32,000 nt of DNA from Promethearchaeia archaeon (lineage in GTDB: Archaea; Asgardarchaeota; Lokiarchaeia; Sigyniarchaeales; SOKP01). The stretch is taken from assembly GCA_046497275.1 (NCBI GenBank), contig JAWOFX010000106.1, positions 1-32,000 of the forward strand, given 5' to 3'. A model generated the notes under the pieces. That model ran no database searches. It was not told the origin of the DNA and saw nothing but the letters and a program-made list of their open reading frames with translations. Shown in pieces: positions 27,078 to 32,000 of this stretch (positions within the stretch are counted from its first letter, which is position 1; every line of letters begins with the position of its first letter). The position numbers were made by a program, and so were the translations under genes.

Positions 27078-28640
27078 TTAAATTTTGATTATATTTAAAT
27101 TTTCAATAGGGCGTTTCAACTCTAAATTTGAAATAAGAAATTGTACTTTTATATCTGAAAAAATCTTCTCATGATTTAAAATTGGCAATATTTTTCTGAT
27201 TGTACGAAATAGAGAACCTCTTTTATTAAAATTTTCATGTAGGAATAAATTTGAGAAAATTATTTGTTTTATATCAAGACCAATATTAATTGAAAAAAAG
27301 AATACCATAACCACAAAAACTTTTTCAGGAGTGGTTAAATCTTCAAATTTTAAAGAATCCTTTTCGTTCCTTATGAATGCGGTTTGGATAAAAAATTTTT
27401 TTGAATCAAAATCTGTAATTAGAACTAATTTCATCTCCAAATTAATATTAATTAAAAATTTATTCGAAATATTCTCGAAATTTTTTAGGATAAGCTCAAA
27501 ATCTCTCAATCTTTCTACAGAGTTCAATATCTTATTTTTATCAATATTGAAAGTTAAATTTTTTTTATTATCAATTAGTTTTTCATAGAACTGGGATAAT
27601 TTTTGATCAAAAGGCTCTAAATCCTGCATATTCTCACCGCTAATATTATTATTCTTAATTGTGTTGATTTCTCTCTCGGTTTGATTTAATTCCTTTTTTA
27701 TTTGTTCATAATCTCGAATATTATTAAATTCATTCATATCATATTGAGGAGTCGATTCTTTTATCTTATGCTCTAATAAATCTTTGATTTCATCTTGTTG
27801 TTGCTTGATTTGATTTTCTTGTCGTTGAATTGTAGATTTTAAAGCACCAAAATCTTTTTTATATGATTTAAATTTCGGTTGTATTTCATATAATTTATTT
27901 TTAGCTTCATTAAGTTTAGATTCAATTTGTCTTGATTTATAATGGATATCCTTTGCGTCACTTCTTAAGTTTTTAATTTTTTCTGCATTGGAGAGTTCAG
28001 AGAGATCTGGCAATTTTTTTTTATTTTCAGGATGTTCCATATCTCTAGTGATTCTATTTATTTCACTAAATTTTTCTTTTCTCTCTTTTTTTAATTTTTT
28101 AATCTTCTCATTTAAATTATTAATTCTATCATGAATCTGCTTTCTTTTGTTTTTTATTTCGAAGTAATCTTCTTTCAGATATTCTAGTTCTTTTCTATTT
28201 TTTTTAACTTGATTATTTAGATTTTTAAGTAAATTAGTTTTTGTAGACAATAGGTTTGATTTTTCTTTGATTTTGGAAAGTTTCAATTCATTAGATAAAG
28301 AATCTTTTCTCTTTAATGCTAAATTATATTGCATGTGATTGAATAAGGAATCGAGAATCTCGACATAATTATTGATTAAACAAACATTTTCAGCAGAAAC
28401 TCTCCGATAAACATCTAAATACTCAATTATTTTATTTAATTTTTCGAATTTCTTTGTAGTAATATCTATTCTTTTAAAATATTTTAATAATTTCTTAAAA
28501 GGATTTAGATTTAAATCTTCCAATTCTTTGAATATAAAATTCTTTTTATATTTCCGCAGGTCTTTTTCCTCAAAATCTCCCACTATTAAGTTATATTGTT
28601 CCTTTAGTGGAATCTTTTTATTTCCTATTGATATCTCCAT
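27078..28640 (-). CDS. SMC/Rad50-like long coiled-coil protein with degenerate ABC head
   Basis: N-terminal NLIVG lacks the P-loop; roughly 350 aa of heptad-rich sequence; C-terminal LTTPEK / IIFSN / QFLIS lie where signature, Walker B and H-loop are expected. Confidence 0.6.
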   Translation of the reverse strand: MEISIGNKKIPLKEQYNLIVGDFEEKDLRKYKKNFIFKELEDLNLNPFKKLLKYFKRIDITTKKFEKLNKIIEYLDVYRRVSAENVCLINNYVEILDSLFNHMQYNLALKRKDSLSNELKLSKIKEKSNLLSTKTNLLKNLNNQVKKNRKELEYLKEDYFEIKNKRKQIHDRINNLNEKIKKLKKERKEKFSEINRITRDMEHPENKKKLPDLSELSNAEKIKNLRSDAKDIHYKSRQIESKLNEAKNKLYEIQPKFKSYKKDFGALKSTIQRQENQIKQQQDEIKDLLEHKIKESTPQYDMNEFNNIRDYEQIKKELNQTEREINTIKNNNISGENMQDLEPFDQKLSQFYEKLIDNKKNLTFNIDKNKILNSVERLRDFELILKNFENISNKFLININLEMKLVLITDFDSKKFFIQTAFIRNEKDSLKFEDLTTPEKVFVVMVFFFSINIGLDIKQIIFSNLFLHENFNKRGSLFRTIRKILPILNHEKIFSDIKVQFLISNLELKRPIENLNIIKI

Positions 28641-28655
28641 AATGTGTCACTAATT

Positions 28656-29702
28656 TTATTGGTCTTTTGATTTGTTATCTTTAAATTTTTTCAGAAATTC
28701 TTTATATTCTTCCGTCTTCTTCTTTTTTCTATCTCTTATAATATTTTTAGGATCTAATGAATCATCTTTTTGGATTAAATATTTATCTTCAAAAGAATTT
28801 TCGAATTTAGATTTGAACTTTTTAATTTTCTGCTCAACATCTTCCCCTATTTCTTTCTTTATTTCAGGTTTTTGAGCTATTTCTGAAAGATTCTCTCTTT
28901 TTTGTTTACGACGTCTGCGCTCAAATTCCTTATCTGAATATTTTAAATATTCCTTATATAATTTATTCTGTTCCTCTTGTTTTCTTTTTAAATCTTCTAA
29001 CATACCTTTTTCTTTAGCTTTTTGGATAGATTCAGTCTTTTCTTTTAATTTTTTTTTAATTCGTTCTTCTTCAAGCTCTCTAATAAAACTATCAAAAGTT
29101 AATTGAGGATTCTCTCGAAATGCTTCTTTAAACTCCTCTAAAACAGATTTATCGATATAATCGGGAATTTTGATAAGTTCTTTTTCTAATTTATTATCGA
29201 TTATTTTGTTATAAAAAATATTAATATCGTCTAAAATAGAGATGAATAGGGAATTATCCTCAAGATAATCAGTCATTTCTAACCATTGATCTAGTTTAAT
29301 GGATGAAATATAAGAAGCTTTTTTAAGAATCTTTGCGGTATCTTTATTTTCAATTAATGAGAGCCCTATTTTTCTAATATGTGATGGATTGACTTCTAAT
29401 TGCTTTAAACGATTTATATGGATTAGTTTATATTTTTCAATCAAAATGTCTTGAAATTCAATAAATGACTCGAGATTGTTTTGATTTATTTCGATTAAAA
29501 TATCATTAATTAATTCTATTTGTTTTTTGAGACTCCTTAATTGGGGCTTAGCGTCCTTATGGGCGGATTCCTCAAGATATCGCTCTTTTAATTGAATAAA
29601 CTCATTATATTTTGATTCGAGAACATTTAATTTTCCCTCGAGGATATTTAATGGATTAAAAAAACTTTTTATTTGCTGCAGATTAAATGGTTTATTCTCC
29701 AA
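28656..29702 (-). CDS. Hypothetical coiled-coil protein, 348 aa
   Basis: TTG start with GAGCTGAT upstream; helical, very Glu/Lys-rich C-terminal half. Confidence 0.7.
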   Translation of the reverse strand: MENKPFNLQQIKSFFNPLNILEGKLNVLESKYNEFIQLKERYLEESAHKDAKPQLRSLKKQIELINDILIEINQNNLESFIEFQDILIEKYKLIHINRLKQLEVNPSHIRKIGLSLIENKDTAKILKKASYISSIKLDQWLEMTDYLEDNSLFISILDDINIFYNKIIDNKLEKELIKIPDYIDKSVLEEFKEAFRENPQLTFDSFIRELEEERIKKKLKEKTESIQKAKEKGMLEDLKRKQEEQNKLYKEYLKYSDKEFERRRRKQKRENLSEIAQKPEIKKEIGEDVEQKIKKFKSKFENSFEDKYLIQKDDSLDPKNIIRDRKKKKTEEYKEFLKKFKDNKSKDQ

Positions 29703-29733
29703 TCAAATCAGCTCTATTTTTTTTGATTAATAT

Positions 29734-30777
29734 TTATATTTCAGGAGGTCCTGAAGTAGGAGGTCTACTTGCTCTATATTTTTCTTTATTTCCCGAATTT
29801 CGTTTGGAATGACTAAGGAGATCTTGCCGTTCTACATGAACAGCAGTTCCCCCTACTAATTTTAATGAGTTATAAAAAATATCATAGGTCAATACTCCCG
29901 TTTGAATAACCTTAAAAAGTGCTACTCTAGTCCCTCGTTCAATATCAGACCCTGAATATCCAACTGTTAATTTTAGAAAGGCACCTATTTCTAAATCTTT
30001 CTCAACTTCATTCCATAATAGATTATCTTCAAATTCAGATACTTTTCTTCCTAATTTGGTTTCTAAATTTTTATGAATTTTCTTTATAGCCTTATATTCT
30101 TGATCAAGCTTTTTGTATATTGTGTCATCAATTCCAATGTTGGCATTTGAAATTTTATTAAGATAAGATTCAATAATTTCTTTCCTTAATTCATAATTTG
30201 GAAAATCAAATTTAAGATGAAAGGTAAATCTTCTCCAAATTGCAGAATCTAATTGATGTTGATGATTAGTTGCTCCAAAAATGGCCAATGGAATACCCTC
30301 ATAATTTACCTTATCAATAACTTGCAAAAAAGAGATCACTGCTCGTTTTATCTCTCCTACTTCATGAATATTTGATCTCTCAGAACCTATTGCATCAATC
30401 TCATCAAAGAATAGGATGAAAGCATCGTTTTCCCTCGCGATGTCGGCTGCTAATTCCACCACATTTCTTATATTTTTTATTGTATCACCTAATAAAGGGG
30501 AAACTAGTCTATCTGATTCCACAACGCACATTGGAATTTCATATGTTTTAGAGTAAGCACGTGTTAGGGAGGTTTTTCCTGTTCCTGGTGGACCATATAA
30601 AAGTACAGTTAAACTTGGTGATAATTTGGTTTTTTTAAGTTGTTCTGAAATATCTTTATACTTTTTAAGTCCCTTAAAAAAATCGTCTAAACGTTCCTTT
30701 TTAGACTCATTTCCTTTAATATCATCAATATCCTCCTTGATATCTTCTGGTAAATAAACAGCTCCATATTTTCCCAA
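29734..30777 (-). CDS. AAA+ ATPase (classic AAA clade, single module, no obvious N-terminal adaptor domain)
   Basis: Walker A GPPGTGKT, Walker B ILFFDEID, sensor I GATN, SRH LDSAIWRRF, GYSGSDIE. Confidence 0.92.
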   Translation of the reverse strand: MGKYGAVYLPEDIKEDIDDIKGNESKKERLDDFFKGLKKYKDISEQLKKTKLSPSLTVLLYGPPGTGKTSLTRAYSKTYEIPMCVVESDRLVSPLLGDTIKNIRNVVELAADIARENDAFILFFDEIDAIGSERSNIHEVGEIKRAVISFLQVIDKVNYEGIPLAIFGATNHQHQLDSAIWRRFTFHLKFDFPNYELRKEIIESYLNKISNANIGIDDTIYKKLDQEYKAIKKIHKNLETKLGRKVSEFEDNLLWNEVEKDLEIGAFLKLTVGYSGSDIERGTRVALFKVIQTGVLTYDIFYNSLKLVGGTAVHVERQDLLSHSKRNSGNKEKYRASRPPTSGPPEI

Positions 30778-30834
30778 TCGTTCTTTGATTTCTTCATTGC
30801 TATATGTAATTTCAATTCAACCCTTTTTTATATT

Positions 30835-32000
30835 TTATTTATTATTTCTTTCCTTTTCAATTTTCTCACAATATATTCCTACACTTTCAATCAAGCTTTC
30901 TAAATTATCAATCTGAGCTCCAATAAAATTAAAAATTTCTTTCCTATACTGTGGAGAATCTCGAATTTTTGTTTTATCCAAACCAAGATAATTTGGAAAA
31001 CAGATTAATTTCATTAAATATGGTAAAACTTTTTCATTTGTTTGAAGATCATTGAATATTGAATAAAAGATATTCTCATCAGTGAGCTTCCATTTCAAAA
31101 TACCCATATAGACTAAAAAAGCAAAATTCATAGCAATCCAGTTTATTAATTCTTTAGATAAGAAGCCTCTTCTCCTTGACGCAAATGCTAAGTAAAAGAG
31201 TATTAATGTCTCATTGCTAAATTGAGGTATATATCGAACCGTTCCATCTGATTGTTTAGTTTTTCTCAGAAAATTGTTTTCTAAAAAAAGATCAATAGTC
31301 CTTTCTTGAGGAGCTAAAAAAATACCATCTATGACTCTAAGTCCTATTCTTTCTGCGATGTTATTGATAGCTTCCTCTTCTGCATTGGCAATGGAGTCAA
31401 TATATGGTAAAAACACATCTTTTATCAATACCATGGGTATTTCTTGATCTTTTCGTTCCGGAAAATTCCCATAATTCGGATCTAAATTAAAAAATGATGT
31501 GATGTTATTAATTAATTGATAAACCTTAGGAGAAATACCAGGAATTGTAAAGAAATCTGGATGTTCTAAGTCTTCCCTATAATAAGTGTGTACTCTTAAT
31601 AGATGTCTTTGAGATTCATAGAAATCAGGTGCATGTTCCAGTAACCGCTCATAGATGATTTTTATACTTGATCCCCTCGGAAATAAGATCCCTTCAATAT
31701 ATTTTACTAATCGATATAAGTAAGTATTATCTAAATTTCTTTCATCCGGATTAGTAATATTCCTCAGGATTGTTAAAGCTTGAACTGATTCTTGAAGAAA
31801 ATCAATAATATAATCTTTGATATCAATTAAAGGGATCCGATCTCTATATTTGGTGATAAAATCTTTCATAATTTCATATACATTTGAACGATACATTGCA
31901 GAGAATTCCGTTAAGGCACGCACTTTCCGAACATTTCTTTTTTCCTCTTCTTGTCGTATTTTATCTAATATTTCTGTATCATAAAGGAGGTCTGGATCAA
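30835..32000 (-). CDS. Hypothetical protein >387 aa, 5'-truncated by the window edge
   Basis: The frame stays open upstream of the GTG at 31923 to the window end (DPDLLYDTEILDKIRQEEEKRNVRK-VRALTEF...). Confidence 0.75.
   Translation of the reverse strand, partial: DPDLLYDTEILDKIRQEEEKRNVRKVRALTEFSAMYRSNVYEIMKDFITKYRDRIPLIDIKDYIIDFLQESVQALTILRNITNPDERNLDNTYLYRLVKYIEGILFPRGSSIKIIYERLLEHAPDFYESQRHLLRVHTYYREDLEHPDFFTIPGISPKVYQLINNITSFFNLDPNYGNFPERKDQEIPMVLIKDVFLPYIDSIANAEEEAINNIAERIGLRVIDGIFLAPQERTIDLFLENNFLRKTKQSDGTVRYIPQFSNETLILFYLAFASRRRGFLSKELINWIAMNFAFLVYMGILKWKLTDENIFYSIFNDLQTNEKVLPYLMKLICFPNYLGLDKTKIRDSPQYRKEIFNFIGAQIDNLESLIESVGIYCEKIEKERNNK

Noticed and set aside
1-32000. tRNA, rRNA, CRISPR arrays, transposases or integrases
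   Set aside because: None seen by eye: no GC-rich cloverleaf segments, spaced direct repeats or recombinase motifs. A tRNAscan-SE/Infernal run would be needed to exclude small RNAs.

Overview
AT-rich archaeal chromosomal segment, most likely from a Lokiarchaeia (Asgard) genome. The evidence is a Loki-type LRR protein, GatDE, archaeal-type SAM synthetase, Nop5/fibrillarin and a SmAP3-like Lsm. Most of the window is housekeeping: rpl2, gatE-gatD, elp3, pyrD-pyrK, nop5-flpA, rnhB, mat and hypB. I saw no tRNA, rRNA, CRISPR array or transposase. The main finding is that the RNase HII gene (rnhB, minus strand 15351-16074) is interrupted inside its DEAGRGP catalytic motif by a 31-nt insertion (16003-16033). 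The insertion folds into a bulge-helix-bulge (BHB) motif, and the predicted endonuclease cut sites restore the motif and the reading frame exactly. This makes it a candidate protein-coding (mRNA) intron spliced by the tRNA-splicing machinery. Other points of interest: a tightly spaced operon with an AAA ATPase, an ATPase-dead SMC-like protein and a kite/MAGE-like protein; two adjacent AN1-zinc-finger intramembrane-protease-fold genes, one apparently a rhomboid pseudoprotease; a split three-unit TM+LbH module; a Lys-rich insertion in uL2; a tandem triplication of the pyrD start region; and a 42-aa ORF missing from the ORF track. All family assignments come from motif recognition by eye, with no database searches.
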